Origin: Eledone cirrhosa
Lineage: Eukaryota
Assembly: GCA_964016885.1 (NCBI GenBank)
Contig: OZ024741.1
Location: 344,658,001 to 344,722,000 of the forward strand
Direction of reading: 5' to 3'
DNA: 64,000 nt
Shown here: positions 11,805 through 26,613 of the stretch, piece after piece
Position numbering within the stretch: position 1 is the stretch's first letter
Layout: each line of letters starts with the position of its first letter
Notes under the pieces: model-generated
What the model was told of the DNA's origin: nothing
The model's database searches: none
The model's input: only the letters and a program-made list of their open reading frames with translations
Translations under genes and position numbers: made by a program

Positions 11805-12568
11805 CATCATCATCATCATCATTTTACGTCCGCTTTTCCCTGCTTGCAAGGGTGGGACGGGTCTTATTCAGCACAGCATCTTTCCACTCGTCACGGACCT
11901 TCGTCATCTCCACCGTGAGCTTCAATGATCTGAGATCTGTTCTCACCACCTCCGCCCATGTTTTTCGTGGTCTACCTCTACCACGTCTTCCTTCAACTGG
12001 CATTTCCTGGCACTTCTTCACCCATCGGTCATCCTCCATGCGCATCACATGTCCATACCACCTCAGTCTCCTCTCCCGCACACTACATTCTATCCCTCTC
12101 AGACACAGTTTCTCTCTCAACACATTTATGCTGGGTCGTTCACGCACATTTACACTGCACATCCAACGGAGCATGCTTGCCTCATTTCTCTCCAGCCGTC
12201 GCATATCCTCTGCAGTTGCTGCCCATGTCTCACTACCATGCAGCATCGCGCTCCTCACACAGGCATCATACAACTGGCATTTCGTATGCAAGGAGAAAAT
12301 CTTCTTCGTCAACAGAGGAAGCAGCTCCCTAAACTTCTTCCAACCCATCCTTATTCTAGATACTATGGCCTCAGAACACCCTCCTCCCATGCTAATCTGA
12401 TCTCCTAGGTACCGGAAGCTATCCACCACTTCTATAGCGCCCTCCTGCATTTAAAAAATGTGACTATCAATGCGACTTCTACTGTCTAATTTCCCTGTAC
12501 ATCTACTGCATACATATTTCTCCCTACCTGCTATTCCGCTACATCTCTTGTGTACCCAGGATCTGCAT
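11805..12568 (-). mobile_element. 5'-truncated RTE LINE
   Basis: ORF 11824-12450 has VDSFRYLG, MLHGSETW and RRLRWYGHVMRMEDDR; (GAT)n tail; 5' end abuts (TA)n. Confidence 0.93.
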
Positions 12569-13452
12569 ATATATATATACATATCTGCATATATATATAC
12601 ATAAACACACACAGACTATATATGTATATATGATGTACATGTATGGATATATATATATATATATCTCAACCTGATTAGTTCTATCGTTGCTTTGTTATGT
12701 ATTGTGTGTTGGTTTCGCCTACCACAATGTTCGATTTGTCAAGCTATTTAAACGTATGTTATAACTCTGAGGTCCTATCTTATCGAGTGCTTTGCTAACT
12801 CATCATTTCATATAAGTAGGCCGAATTTACTTGCAAACCGCCAGAGATTCGATTTTACTGATTTCCAATTATATATATATGTATATATATATATATACAT
12901 GCATATATACATGTATATGTATGCATATGTGTGTATATATATACTCACATACAGACATATACATGTATGCATATATGTATGTGCGTGTGCATATATATAT
13001 ATATATATATATCATCATCATCATCATCATATATATATATATATATACCCTATGGAAGCATGGTAAAGCAGCTGTAAAATTGATGATATATATGTGTGTG
13101 TGTGTATGTATGTTTTGTTGCTGACTATATATATATTAAATTGTGCACTAGGCAGCCAAAATATGATGGTCAGCTGAAAAGTTAATTGGATGATCAAGAT
13201 AGTCTCATGGAATGACCAAATGAGGTTTATTTTTCAACATAATTTCTGGAAAGAAATAATGTATTTATTAATAAGATGGGTTGAAATTATGCAAGTTAAA
13301 TCTTTCAGCTCTAGCATCACTCCTACACAGATAGACTATGAACCTTTTCAGCTGACCCTTATATACATATTAAATTCATATCTATACAAACCCTTGAAAA
13401 TTGCATACCAAAAGAACTCCTTCATCAATTTCCAGCATATGAGTGCCTTTGC

Positions 13453-13688
13453 TTAACCCTTTAACATTCACATTACTCTATATATACTATTATATTTTCC
13501 TGGTAAAGGCTTTACCTCGCATGGTAAAGGCTTTACTTCACATAATATCGAATTGATGAGATTTTGAAAGTATTTATTTTGAGAATAATACCTTAACATC
13601 GGTTTGAGCGACTAGTTACAGCCAGTTTCAACAGAGGGAGGTAGAGAATTCTGGCCGGTTTTGGGCGGTTTGAACATTAAGGGGTTAA
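13453..13688 (+). mobile_element. piggyBac-type MITE copy
   Basis: TTAACCCTTTAACATT...AACATTAAGGGGTTAA, internal sequence matches 8390-8621. Confidence 0.8.
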
Positions 13689-14099
13689 ACTGAAGCTATC
13701 CCTCATACCAGCAGCAAAGATATCAGAATGATGCATACATTGATTCTGTAGTGATATCAGATACCGTCTTTCTCTCTTTTGGTCCTGTAACTCCTGATAG
13801 AATCGTAGGGGTGCCATATTGACATATGGTGTTTCTTGGGCATTTTAAGCCTGACGGAGCCCATCCCTCTCCAGGCCTGAGTACAGCAGATTTCTTCCAA
13901 AGAGAGGAGGAATCGACCCTAGTACTTGACTGGTATTTTTTTTATCAACCTCGAAAGGATGAAAGGCAAAGTTGACCTCGGTGGGATTTGAACTCCTAGA
14001 GCAGAGAGCCAGAATGAATACCATAAAGCATTCTATCCGACGTTCTAATTACTCTGCCAATTCACCACCTATCAGACACTGATTCCAAACAAAGCTGTG

Positions 14100-14382
14100 C
14101 CATCAGCTAGAATATTGTCGACAGTATGTACAGCGATCCACGTCATGCATCAACTCCATCACTTACTTGACAATCCCTGGCGCTAGAGATCACGCAGACC
14201 GAGGGAGACGTGGGTGGAGTGCATGAAGAGTGAATTGTATAAATGGAACTTGGCCAATGTCGATACTATGGACAGAAATTCATGGAGAGCGGCTGCGAGA
14301 CATTGCCTGGTGTTGCCAACCTCGGAGTCAGGGACAACCACAACACCGTAAAGACCAAAACTGGATATGGATGGATGGATGG
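14100..14382 (+). mobile_element. Degenerate RTE-like 3' end with (TGGA)n tail
   Basis: RPRETWVEC and DRNSWRAAAR motifs, followed by tggatggatgga. Confidence 0.55.
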
Positions 14383-14774
14383 ATTACAATAGCAGATATA
14401 ACAACTATAACATGTGGTCTTGAAATGCTGGGTTCACATGTTGCTCTATTCCAAATTTCACTCATTTTTCTTCATGACATCTGAAAGAGTTGTTTCAATT
14501 TATAAATAGGAAACCATGATGAGATAATAAGTCAAACAGTTAAAAATAAATATTTACAGCTTCTACATTATGTGTTGATTGCAATTTTCTTTCAAATTTG
14601 TATTGAAACTTTTATATATATGTTTATACATATATATTGCAATTTTCTTTCATTTGTACCAAAACTTGTAATATATATATATATATATATATCATCATCA
14701 TCATCATCATCATCATCATTTTACGTCTGCTTTTCCCTGCTTGCAAAGGTGGGACAGGAAGTGATATATATATA

Positions 14775-14854
14775 CAGAGTGTCCCCGAAAAATGTATACA
14801 TACTTTAACAGCATTCTAATAAATATGTGTAGACATTTTGTGGGGGGACAGCCT
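14775..14854. mobile_element. Small Tc1/mariner-type MITE remnant
   Basis: TA-CAGAGTGTCCCCGAAAAATGTATACA...TGTAGACATTTTGTGGGGGGACA imperfect terminal inverted repeats. Confidence 0.5.
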
Positions 14855-14910
14855 AAATGTATATATATATATATATATTATACAAGTTTCAGTACAAATA
14901 AAAGAAAAGT

Positions 14911-14984
<74 letters not shown>

Positions 14985-15039
14985 CATATACAAATATATA
15001 TACAAGTCTCAGTGCAGATGAAAGAAAAAGAAAAGTGCA

Positions 15040-15099
<60 letters not shown>

Positions 15100-15120
15100 G
15101 AAGAGAGAGAGAGATGGATG

Positions 15121-15151
<31 letters not shown>

Positions 15152-15554
15152 ATGTATATACACATGTGTATTCATTTATGCATATATAAACATATGATGT
15201 TGATCAGAACTTTCTTGTTGAGATTTGACAAATGTCTGTTCTTTTTTTTCAATGTTGTTTGTACACCTTACAAAAAATAATGACAACAATCACATCAGAA
15301 TCAACAACATCAATAACAATAACAACAACAAATGTATGTAAATCAAAGAATATTTATTTTGTCCTTTTTATTCATTTTTTTTAATGTATATTCTGCTGTT
15401 ATTACATCGATTTGAATATTAGATTTTTTTTCTCATGTTAGATTTAATGGACACTCTTGAAATCTAATCACTCTAATGCACATATATATATAACACGCTA
15501 TATACACAAAGGTATACATATCTATGTTATGTATATCTATGTTATACATATCTA

Positions 15555-15574
15555 TGTTATATATATATATATAA

Positions 15575-15610
<36 letters not shown>

Positions 15611-15913
15611 GTGTGTGTGTGTATGTATGTATATATGTTTGTGTGTGTATATGTATGTATGTATATATGTATATGTATGTATATATGTATATTTATGTAT
15701 GTGCATATGTATATATATGTATATATATGTATATGTGTATATATATGTATATGTATATATATGTATATATGTGTATCTATATATGTATATATGTGTATGT
15801 ATATATATATATAAATATGTGTGTGTATGTATATATATAAATATGTGTGTGTATGTATATATATGTATATGTATGTATATATGTATATATGTGTATGTAT
15901 ATATGTGTATGTA

Positions 15914-15952
<39 letters not shown>

Positions 15953-16071
15953 GTGTATGTATATATGTGTATATATATATATATGTATATATGTGTATAT
16001 ATATGTATATATGTGTATATATATATATGTATATATATATGTATATATGTGTATGTATACATATATATGTC

Positions 16072-16102
<31 letters not shown>

Positions 16103-16169
16103 GTATATGTATGTATATATATGTATATGTATGTATATATATGTCTGTGTATGTATAGATATATATGTG

Positions 16170-16200
<31 letters not shown>

Positions 16201-16215
16201 GTATATGTATGTATA

Positions 16216-16252
<37 letters not shown>

Positions 16253-16379
16253 GTATATATATGTATATATATGTATATGTGTATATGTATATATATGTGT
16301 ATATGTATATATATATGTGTATATGTATATGTATATATATGCGTATATGTATATGTATATATATGTGTATATGTATATA

Positions 16380-16422
<43 letters not shown>

Positions 16423-16543
16423 ATATACATGTAAATATATATGTATATATGTATATATATGTATATATGTATGTATATATATATATGTATATACATGTAT
16501 ATATATGTATATATGTATATATATGTATATATATGTATATATG

Positions 16544-16576
<33 letters not shown>

Positions 16577-16688
16577 GTATGTATATATGTATATATATAT
16601 ATGTATGTATATATGTATGTATATATATATATGTATGTATATATGTATATATATATATATGTATATGTATGTATATATGTATATATAT

Positions 16689-16719
<31 letters not shown>

Positions 16720-17398
16720 TGTATATATGTATATATATATGTATATGACCCCTTAGCCTTTGTCAAGGCAGAATTCTAGGAGAAGGAAAACTCTGATATA
16801 ACACCTGCAACCCTGATGGTATCCAATGATGTTGACTTGTTCTTCTTTTTGGTAAATATCATCTTGGTTAAGAGAGTGGGACTGGCTTTGTGCAGTGCCT
16901 TTGCTCACTATAAAAGCTTCACGGCACAGGCATTGCTTTATATCTGGAGATCTCTCTGCACTTGTCGTCACATGGTACCATGGGCCCAGCACTATGTGTC
17001 AGTAATTGTCACAAGTGTAGTGTTTGTACCAGAGTATTCAAGTCCCTGGCTGGACTAAAAAGTCACACTTGTTCAGCGCATCGGTAGGGGTTCTCCTACA
17101 TGGATATAAAGTAGTGGCCGTACTCGAAAACGAGTTGGCAGCCACCATATATGTATGTATATATGTATGTATATGTATGTATATATATATAAATATGTAG
17201 GTATATATGTATATATATATATATATGTATGTATATATATATGTATGTATATGTATGTATATATATATGTATGTATATATGTATATATATGTATGTATAT
17301 GTATATATATATGTATGTATATGTATATATATATGTATGTATATGTATATATATATGTATGTATATATATATATGTATGTAAATATATATATATATAT

Positions 17399-17466
<68 letters not shown>

Positions 17467-17536
17467 ATGTATATATATATATATATATATACATGTATAT
17501 ATGTATATATATGTATGTATATGTATATATATATAT

Positions 17537-17621
<85 letters not shown>

Positions 17622-18097
17622 CATATATACATACATATATATATATACATATATATATATATGTATATATATATAGTCAATGCTGTACGTAAATGTGGTT
17701 GGAGTTAGGAAGGGCATCCAGCTGTAAAAGACCTGCCAGAGATATCTCCGGATGAGCGAGACATGGTCTCCTGACCATTCCCACATCAAATGGAACAAAA
17801 CCATCTAACTCATGCTAGCGTGGAAGATGGACGTTAAACAATGATGATGATGTATATATATATATTTATTCTCTTTTTTCTGTGATATATATATATGTAT
17901 ATATATATATATATGTATGTATATGTATGTATATATATATATATGTATGTATATGTATGTATATATATGTATATATATATGTATGTATTAATGTATATAT
18001 ATGAATGTATGTATTAATGTATATATGTATGTATATATATGTATATATGTATGTACATATATGTATATATGTATGTATATATATGTATATATATGTA
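15555..18097. repeat. Very long (TA/TG)n microsatellite, interrupted by insertions at 16746-17146 and 17675-17852
   Basis: Direct reading. Confidence 0.95.
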
Positions 18098-19843
18098 TGG
18101 TGAGGATTGGCCGACCCTTAAAAAGTCGGTTTATGATGTAGGCAAGCGTGTTCTGGGATTGGTGCAGAGAAAACATCAGGACTGGTTTAATGAGAAAGAT
18201 GTGCATATAGAAGACTTGTTGGCTGATAAGAGGCGTGCTCTGTCATGCTACTTGACGGCAAAACCACAGGAGAGGAATACGTTGCATGAGGAACTCAAGG
18301 ATGTAAGATCACGTGTTAGGCGGAGTCTTTCGCAGATGAAGGATCAGTGGTGGAGTGAGAAGGCTGGTGAGATACAAACTGCGTCAGATTCCAATAACAC
18401 AAAGCTGTTGTACAGTCTCTTGTGTGAGGTTTATGGACCGTCTTCTTCTCTGGGAACACCGCTTCACAGCAAGGATGGCAAAGAACTTCTTCGTGACTCA
18501 CAAGGAATTCTACGAAGGTGGCGAGAGCACTTTGATGATCTTTTGAATCAGCCGTCTGTCGTCAGTGAAGATTTCCTCAATCTCATTCCAGAAAGTCCTG
18601 TGAAAGTAGCTCTCGCAGAGCCTCCGACACTTGTGGAGGTTGCAGTGGCTATCTCGAAGCTGAACAGTGGAAGGTCTCCAGGTATGGATGGTATACATGC
18701 TGAGCTCCTACAATATGGTGGTGAGAGACTCCTGCAACATCTTCACTCTTTGTTTGGCAGGATATGGGCTAATGAATCCGTACCTGAGGACTGGAGAGAT
18801 GCAGTAATGGTGGTCTTGTACAAGGGAAAGGGTAACAGGAATGATTGTGGGAACTACAGAGGTATATCATTGCTTTCTGTCGTAGGGAAAGTTTTATGTA
18901 GGGTGCTTCTGGACCGTCTGCTGACACACATTGCAGATTGTGTTCTTCCTGAAAGTCAATCTGGTTTTCGTGCTGGACGCGGCACTACTGATATGATCTT
19001 CTCAGCTAGACAGCTCCAGGAGAAGTGCATGGAACAAGGCTTGGATCTGTATCAGGTTTTTGTCGATCTGACAAAAGCTTTCGATACTGTTAACAGAGAT
19101 GCATTATGGAAGGTTCTCCAGAAACTTGGTTGCCCTGAAAAGTTCCTTGCTTTAGTTAGGTCTTTCCATGACGACATGAAGGCTTGGGTTAATGTCGGAG
19201 CCTATCTCAGTAAAAAATGGAGTGAAACAGGGGGATATTCCAGCACCGATCCTGTTTGCCATATACTTTGCAATGGTTTTCTGTATTGTATTCAGGAATT
19301 GCGAGCATGGTGTTTACATCCGATATCGAACCTCAGGCAGCATATTTAACATCAGGCGCTTTGCTGCAAAGACAAAAGTATTTACATCAATCATAAGAGA
19401 CCTCTTGTATGCAGATGATTGCGATCTTGTAGCGCACACAGAGAGTGATATGCAGCACATTTTGAATGCATTTTCTGACGCTTGCACTGTCAGTCTCAAG
19501 AAAACCGTCGTCATGTACCAACCTGCCCCTGGCAAGCAGTACACTGAACCAAATATCTATGTGTATGGTAAACGACTTGGAGTGGTTGATCAGTTTGTCT
19601 ACCTGGGAAGCACTGTCAATTGATACAGCAACCTTGACAGTGAAATCTCACTTAGGATTAGGAAAGCAAGTGATGCTTTCGGAAAGCTAGAAAGGCGACT
19701 CTGGGGTCGGCGAGACATATGCAGGACAAAGGTAAAGGTGTACAGGGCATGTGTGCTCTCTTGTCTTCTTTATGCCTGCGAGATCTGGGTCACATATCGG
19801 CACCACCTTAGGCAATTGGAGCATGTTCATCAGATGTGTCTCA
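18097..19843 (+). mobile_element. RTE (BovB-like) LINE internal fragment, reverse transcriptase pseudogene
   Basis: SPGMDGI, GNYRGISLLS, PESQSGFR, FVDLTKAFD, then after a frameshift GVKQG, LLYADD, FVYLGS; stop at 19623; both ends flush with (TA)n. Confidence 0.95.
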
Positions 19844-19851
19844 TATATATG

Positions 19852-19891
<40 letters not shown>

Positions 19892-19904
19892 TACACACAT
19901 ATTC

Positions 19905-19975
<71 letters not shown>

Positions 19976-19999
19976 TACACACATATTCATATATATATA

Positions 20000-20537
20000 T
20001 ATGTGTGAACAACTCATCAGACAGAGGGGGTTATATAAGCCCTCTGGCTGATGAGCAAACTAGACGTATGTTAATATTGTCTACGGTTCTGATGAAGAAC
20101 TAGTGTCCGAAACGTTGAGAATCTTTTCTTATTGTTTTAATCACTAAATCAATATATCTCTTCATTGTACTCTGTCATTTGCTTGTGTTATTTCTGTTTA
20201 GAAATAACAACACAATCGGTACAGTATATATTAGTTTTACGCTTGATATAGTAGGAAAAGTGTCTTAATGTTTCAGACGCTAGTCCTTCTAGTCCTTCAT
20301 CTAACTCTGAATGTACGTGCTTTGCTATCATAAAAATGCTTATTCCATTCTTCGTCTTCATTCTCCCATCTATGCTTCTGTTTCTTCTTCTCCAATCTCT
20401 CATTCTCTCATTCTAATTTCTGATGAAGGACCAAAGCCGAAACATCGTGATTCTTTTCCTACTATATCAAGCATTAAACTAATATATCATCAATGTACTA
20501 TATTGTTCTCCTGCATTATTTTTCCTTTTGCACTCTA

Positions 20538-20540
<3 letters not shown>
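20000..20540. mobile_element. Cluster of three degenerate hammerhead elements (family D) in +/-/+ orientation
   Basis: CTGATGAAGAACTAGTGTCCGAAACGTT (20089), a minus copy at about 20260-20305, and CTGATGAAGGACCAAAGCCGAAAC (20420), each with a similar tail; related copies at about 40819-40925 and 7195-7268. Confidence 0.6.
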
Positions 20541-20574
<34 letters not shown>

Positions 20575-20942
20575 AGAGAGGGAGAGAGAGAACCAACTAG
20601 AAAAGAGTGATAATGATAGAAAGAGACAAAGAGTAGTGTGAGTGGTAGCAGTGATGGTGGTGGGGGTGTAGGTCAGTGTTAGATGTATAGATGTATGTGT
20701 GTGTGTGTTTCAATCAGTTTGTGTGTGTGTGAGTGTATGTGTGTCTGCTCTTTCTCAGTGCTTTTGTGAGTGATTGTGTGTGTGTGTGTGTATATATCTG
20801 TCTTTATCTGCCTGTGCTTCTCTCTGTGTGTGTGTGTATATATATATATATATAAGTAGAAGGGGTATTTAATTTGTTGGAAGTCCGACAAATATAAATG
20901 TTTATAACTGATTTAGAGCACTCAACAGATTTACTGGAGTAA

Positions 20943-21297
20943 ATATTCAATGATATTAAATAAATGGAAACTATATTTATAAAACCATATTTATTCTATT
21001 ATATATATTTCAAGGGTACCAAGACAACATTGGTGCGCTTTCATCAGATAAAATACAAAGTTTGTTTTATAAATAGAGACGTACCCATGAAAATCATACC
21101 TTATCAGTTGTTCACTATCCAGAGAATATCCAACTGATAAGGTATGATTTTCATGGGTACGCCTCTATTTATAAAACAAACTTTGTATTTTATCTGATGA
21201 AAGCGCACCAATGTGTCTTGGTACCCTTGAAATATATATAATAGAATAAATATGGTTTTATAAATATAGTTTCCATTTATTTAATATCATTGAATAT
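20943..21297. repeat. Long inverted repeat (arms about 168 bp, 20-nt spacer) within an insertion flanked by (TA)n
   Basis: Arms 20943-21110 and 21131-21297 differ at only a few positions. Confidence 0.9.
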
Positions 21298-21320
21298 ATA
21301 TATATATATGTGTGTGTGTG

Positions 21321-21386
<66 letters not shown>

Positions 21387-21971
21387 TTCTTTGAGTTTGT
21401 GTGAGTAAGTGTGTGCCTATGTCTGTGCTTTTGTGTGTATGTATATGTGTGTCTGTACATGTGCTTCTATGAGTTTGTGAGTGCATGCTTCTGTGTGTAT
21501 GTATACATGTATCTGTATGTATGTATACATGTATCTGTATATATGTATATGTGCGGCTGTATGTGTGCTTCTGTGTATATGTATATGTGTGGCTGTATGT
21601 GTGCTTCTGTGTGTATGTATATCTGTGGCTGTATGTGTGCTTCTGTGTATATGTATATGTGTGGCTGTATGTGTGCTTCTGTGTGTATGTATATGTGTAG
21701 CTGTATGTGTGCTTCTGTGTATATGTATATGTGTGGCTGTATGTGTGCTTCTGTGAATTTGTATGTGTGTGCTTTTGCGTGTATGTATATGTGTGTCAGT
21801 ATGTATGCTTCTGTGTTTGCGTTTGTGTGTGTCCCTGTATGCTTCTGTGTGTGTGTGGTAGGGGGAAAGGTCCATTGAAAGATTTCCATCAGGAAGCATG
21901 ATGTCTGCCACAGTTCCCTGGTCTCTTGTAAGACAATCAGTGTTGAATTTCCTTAGCAATGTCCACACACC

Positions 21972-22034
<63 letters not shown>

Positions 22035-22582
22035 GTATATACACATGTACATACAAGCTCATAGAAACACTTATAGAGATACACATATACATAAAAGTAC
22101 AGACAGCACACACATACACAGACACACACATACACAGACACACACAAACACAGAAACACACAGACACAGACACACACAGACACACACAGACACACACACA
22201 TATACAGACACACACATACGCATACACACACATACAGACACAGAGACACGCTCATACACAGACACACACATACACACACATTCACACTCACATACACATG
22301 CACGCACATACAGACACACACACACACATACAGAGACATACACACATCAGTACATGTCATATAGCTACACACATAAACACATACACACAAACGCATAGAA
22401 GCACATATACAGACACACATATACACACAAGCACACACATACGCACAAAAACACACATTATATGCACACACTCACACACACATACATAGGAGTGCATACA
22501 GAAATAAAGTGCACACATACATACACACAGACACAATCAAGTGTTCAAGGACACACTGTCTTGCGTTCTCCCTCTCTCTCTG

Positions 22583-22626
<44 letters not shown>

Positions 22627-22926
22627 TCTCTCCATCTCTCACTCCCCTCTCTCTCCCTCCCCCTTCTCTACCTCTCGCCCTTCTCTACCCCCCCCCTCTC
22701 TCTTTCTCATACACACACATCTACTTGCATCTCACATATGCTCTGATCTCACTGATGCAACACAAACACACCTCAGGTACACACCTCACATGCACAGCCT
22801 GCACCCACATGCATCTCATACCTCCATCCATATAATGTTACATACATAAATCTACATAGATATTTCTACCAATACATATTTAACATTTACATTCCACACA
22901 TACACATTATAGATTGAGACTACATA

Positions 22927-23213
22927 TCTATATATCTAAAACAGAGAATGTCTGTCTGTCTGTCCGATCACTAAAGCTCAAGAACCACCCAACCGATTGT
23001 TTTCAAACTTTAGACATGTAATACTTATGGTCCTGTGAGTGTTTTGAGCAAAAAATATTTCAAATTTTCAATGCCCTACGAACCGCATTAGGCGATTTAG
23101 CGATCTCTCTCTATAATTCTTAGACTTTCTTTTTAGATAGATACATAGATATAACGTTGTGCCCTTATAATATGTCTGTATGTCTGGCTGTCTGCATTAC
23201 GACATTATGACGC

Positions 23214-23244
<31 letters not shown>

Positions 23245-23538
23245 ATGTATATATAGTGTGTGTGTGTATATATATATATATAGTGTGTAACGTTTTTCAA
23301 AATATTTACTTCTGCGTTCACAGATTGATTTTTTTTAGTTTCAGAAGATCCCGTTAGGGGTGAAAGCAGCGATTCTTTGTTTAAACTGTAATCTGTTATT
23401 TTAATATATATATGTACAGATATTTTTGCATACACAATAACAAAATATAAACAAATGTATCTATTTCACCAGGCCCAATAAGGATAAATATATAAGAACC
23501 CTAGAGGAAACCTGAGCAACGCCGGGCCATTCTGCTAG
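22927..23538 (+). mobile_element. Non-autonomous Helitron-like element
   Basis: Starts A|TCTATATAT...(GTCT)n and ends with hairpin-like cctgagcaacgccggg then CTAG|T; inserted at A-T with no target duplication. Confidence 0.7.
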
Positions 23539-23780
23539 TATTCACTAAAAGACACACTCATGCAGTCATATGCACACATAGATATATTGATATACACTCA
23601 TATATACTCTTCCAGATAGATAGATATAAACATATTTTCATATACACATAACAGAACACACACACATCTCTCTCTAAATATATATATATATGTATGTGTG
23701 TATATATATGTGTATGTGTGTGTATATATGTGTATGTATATATATATTTGTGTGTGTGTGTGTATATATACATGTATATG

Positions 23781-23839
<59 letters not shown>

Positions 23840-24056
23840 ACATACACACACACACATGCATATATGTATATGTTTGTATATATATATATATGTGTCTGTG
23901 TGTGTACAAGAGAACAAGAAATAAGAATGTTATAAAACAAAAAGAATTATGTACAACAACCAGAGAAAAATAAGAGAATGACAATAGGAATCAGGGAAAG
24001 CACAAATGGTGGAATTTGGAGGAGAGAATAAAAATAATAATAATAATAATAATAAT

Positions 24057-25050
24057 AATTTCTACTATAGGCACAACACCAGCAATTTTGGGAGAGGGGA
24101 AAGTTGATAAAATTTGACCTCAGTGCATGATTAGTACTTTATTTTATCGAGCCCTTAAGGAAGAAAGGCAAAGTTAACCTCGGTGGGATTTGAACTCAGA
24201 TCATAAAGGGCCGTAACTCTATGCTACAAAGCATGGCGTCTGACCCTCTACCGATACTGCCAATCTACCACCCTGATGATGATAATAATAATAAGGATTT
24301 CTACTATAGGCACAAGGCCAGCAATTCTGGGAGAGGGGAAAGTCGATTAAATCGACTTCAGTGCATTACTGGTACTTTATTTTATCGACCACTAATAATG
24401 ATTTCTGATTTAGGCACAAGGCAAACAATTTGAGGGAAGGGGAAAGTTGATTAAATTGACCCCAGTGCATTACTGGTACTTTATTTCATTGATCTCGTAA
24501 GAATGAAAGGCAAAGCTAACCTCGACAGGATTTGAACTCAGAACATAAAGGGCTGTAACTCTATGCCCCAAAGCATGGTGTCCGATGCTTTACCGAAACT
24601 TTCAATAATACAAAAAAGAAGTCCACTAATAATAATAATAATTTCTTCTAAAGGCACAAGGCCAACAATTTTTGGGGAGGGGAATGTCAATTAAATTGAC
24701 CCCAGTGCATAACTGATACTTTATTTTATCGATCCACTTAAGGATGAAAGGTAAAGTTAACCTCGGCAGGATTTGAACTCAGAACTTAAACCACTGTAAC
24801 TATAAGCCGTAAAGTATATTGTCCGACTCTTTATTGATACTGCCCTAATAATAATTATTATTTCTACTTTAAGCACAAGGCCAGCAATTTGTGGGAAGTT
24901 GAAAATCAATTCATATTGACCCCCAGTTTTTGACTAATACTTTATTTTATTGACCCCAAAAGGATGAAAGACAAATTGACCTGAGTGAGATTTGAACTTA
25001 GAATGCCATTTTATCCAAATACCCTAATGATTTTGTCAATCCACCACCGT
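24057..25050 (-). mobile_element. Head-to-tail cluster of about five SINE family 2 copies
   Basis: Repeated ggcacaaggcc...gaccccagtgcattactggtactt...gatttgaactcag blocks, each starting at (AAT)n. Confidence 0.8.
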
Positions 25051-25589
25051 TAACCCTTTAACATTTACATTACTCTATATATACTATTGCATTTTTGTGG
25101 TAAAGGCTTTATCTCACATACTATCGAATCTATGAGATTTTGATGATATTTATTTTGAGAACAATGGAGGTACATGGCTTAATGGTTAGAGCATTGGCCT
25201 TGCAATCGAAAGGTTGAGAGTTCAATTCTCAGACCGGGTGATGTGTTGTTTCCTTGAGCAAGACACTTTATTTCACATTGCTCCAGTTTACTCAGCTGTA
25301 GAAATGAGATGATAGGGACTGTTGTCCCTATCATTCCACTGCAAAGTGGTCGTGGAGGTGCCACGGCAAAAAAGCACCCAGCACTCACTGTAAATGAGGT
25401 TGGTGTTAGGAAGGGCATCCAGCTGTAGAAATCAAGCCAGAATCAGTTCCCGCCCCACCCTTGCAAGCAGGGAAAAAGCGGACATAAATACCTTAATATC
25501 AGTATGAGTGGCTGGTTACAGCCAGTTTTAACTGAAAGAGGTGAGAGAATTCTGGCTGGATATGGCCAGTTTAAATGCTAAAGGGTTAA
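25050..25589 (+). mobile_element. piggyBac-type MITE interrupted by a SINE (25164-25487)
   Basis: Both terminal inverted repeats and TTAA present; MITE sequence resumes after the SINE. Confidence 0.8.
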
Positions 25590-26059
25590 TGATTTCTAAT
25601 TTAGGCACAAAACCAACAATTTGTGAGGAGGGATTACTTGATTACATTGACCTCAGTATATGACTGGTACTTTTTTCATTGTCCAGAAGGATGGGAAGCA
25701 AAATTGACCTTAAATAAGTCTCATGTTTCCATATACAACAACAATCACAACCTCAACAGCAACCACAACAACCATCAAAAACCACAACAACAACACTCAC
25801 AACCACTACAATGACCACAACAACCAACAAAAACCACAACAACAACAACACTCACAACTACTACAATAACTACAACAACACTCAAAAACCACAACAATCA
25901 TAACAATAATCACAATAACTACAGCAATCACAAACACAGCAATTACAACAACAATCTCAACCACAACAACAACTACAACAACTATAATCACAACAGCAGC
26001 AAGTATGTCTTTGAATCCAAGAGACTGTTGTTCTGTGTAAGAATTTAACAATGTTAGAC

Positions 26060-26392
26060 CAGCATTTCTTAACTGGTGTTCACCAGAACCTGAGGATTCC
26101 ACAAGAGATTGGTAGGAGTTTAGCAAGAAATAGTGATAAATAAGCTAATGTGTGGTCTCATAAAGGAGTAGTATGATCTTATTTTTGATTTTTTACATTG
26201 CCAATAAATTTGACAAAAAAGGGGATCATTAAACCTGTTATCTGAAAAAATATGTTTACCACATGAACTATGATAAAAATGTAAAAAAGATAGAGATTAG
26301 TAATAGTATGTAATAATTTTTATGCAGGGGTTCCCTGAGACATGAAAACTATTTCAAGGGTTCCAAAAGGGTAAAAATGTTGAGAAACTCTG
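26060..26392. mobile_element. hAT (Charlie/Buster-like) MITE
   Basis: Terminal inverted repeats CAGCATTTCTTAAC and GTTGAGAAACTCTG; near-identical 8-bp flanks TGTTAGAC and GTTTAGAC. Confidence 0.7.
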
Positions 26393-26582
26393 GTTTAGAC
26401 ACAGTGTGGTGGGTACTTTTAGAATAAGAGTTAGTGAGCTCAAAGTATTGTTTCTAGGAACACAATCTACACAGAAGGTTTGTGTCTCTTTTTAATTATG
26501 TCAGAATAGCATGAAGATTACAGTATCCCACCAATCTTTTCTTTATTTTTTTACCATGTAAAGAAGGAGAGAGTGACAGAGG

Positions 26583-26613
<31 letters not shown>

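Noticed and set aside
15433-18100. Long Tyr/Ile/Met/Cys-rich ORFs here and throughout the window
   Set aside because: They are translations of (TA)n, (CA)n and (TG)n microsatellites, open in several frames on both strands.
20014-20088. CTGATGAG at 20048 as another hammerhead
   Set aside because: It is one arm of a simple hairpin, with no GAAA or stem III at a suitable position.
21131-21297. SECIS element
   Set aside because: Could not form the AUGA/GA quartet with a correctly spaced stem and AA loop.
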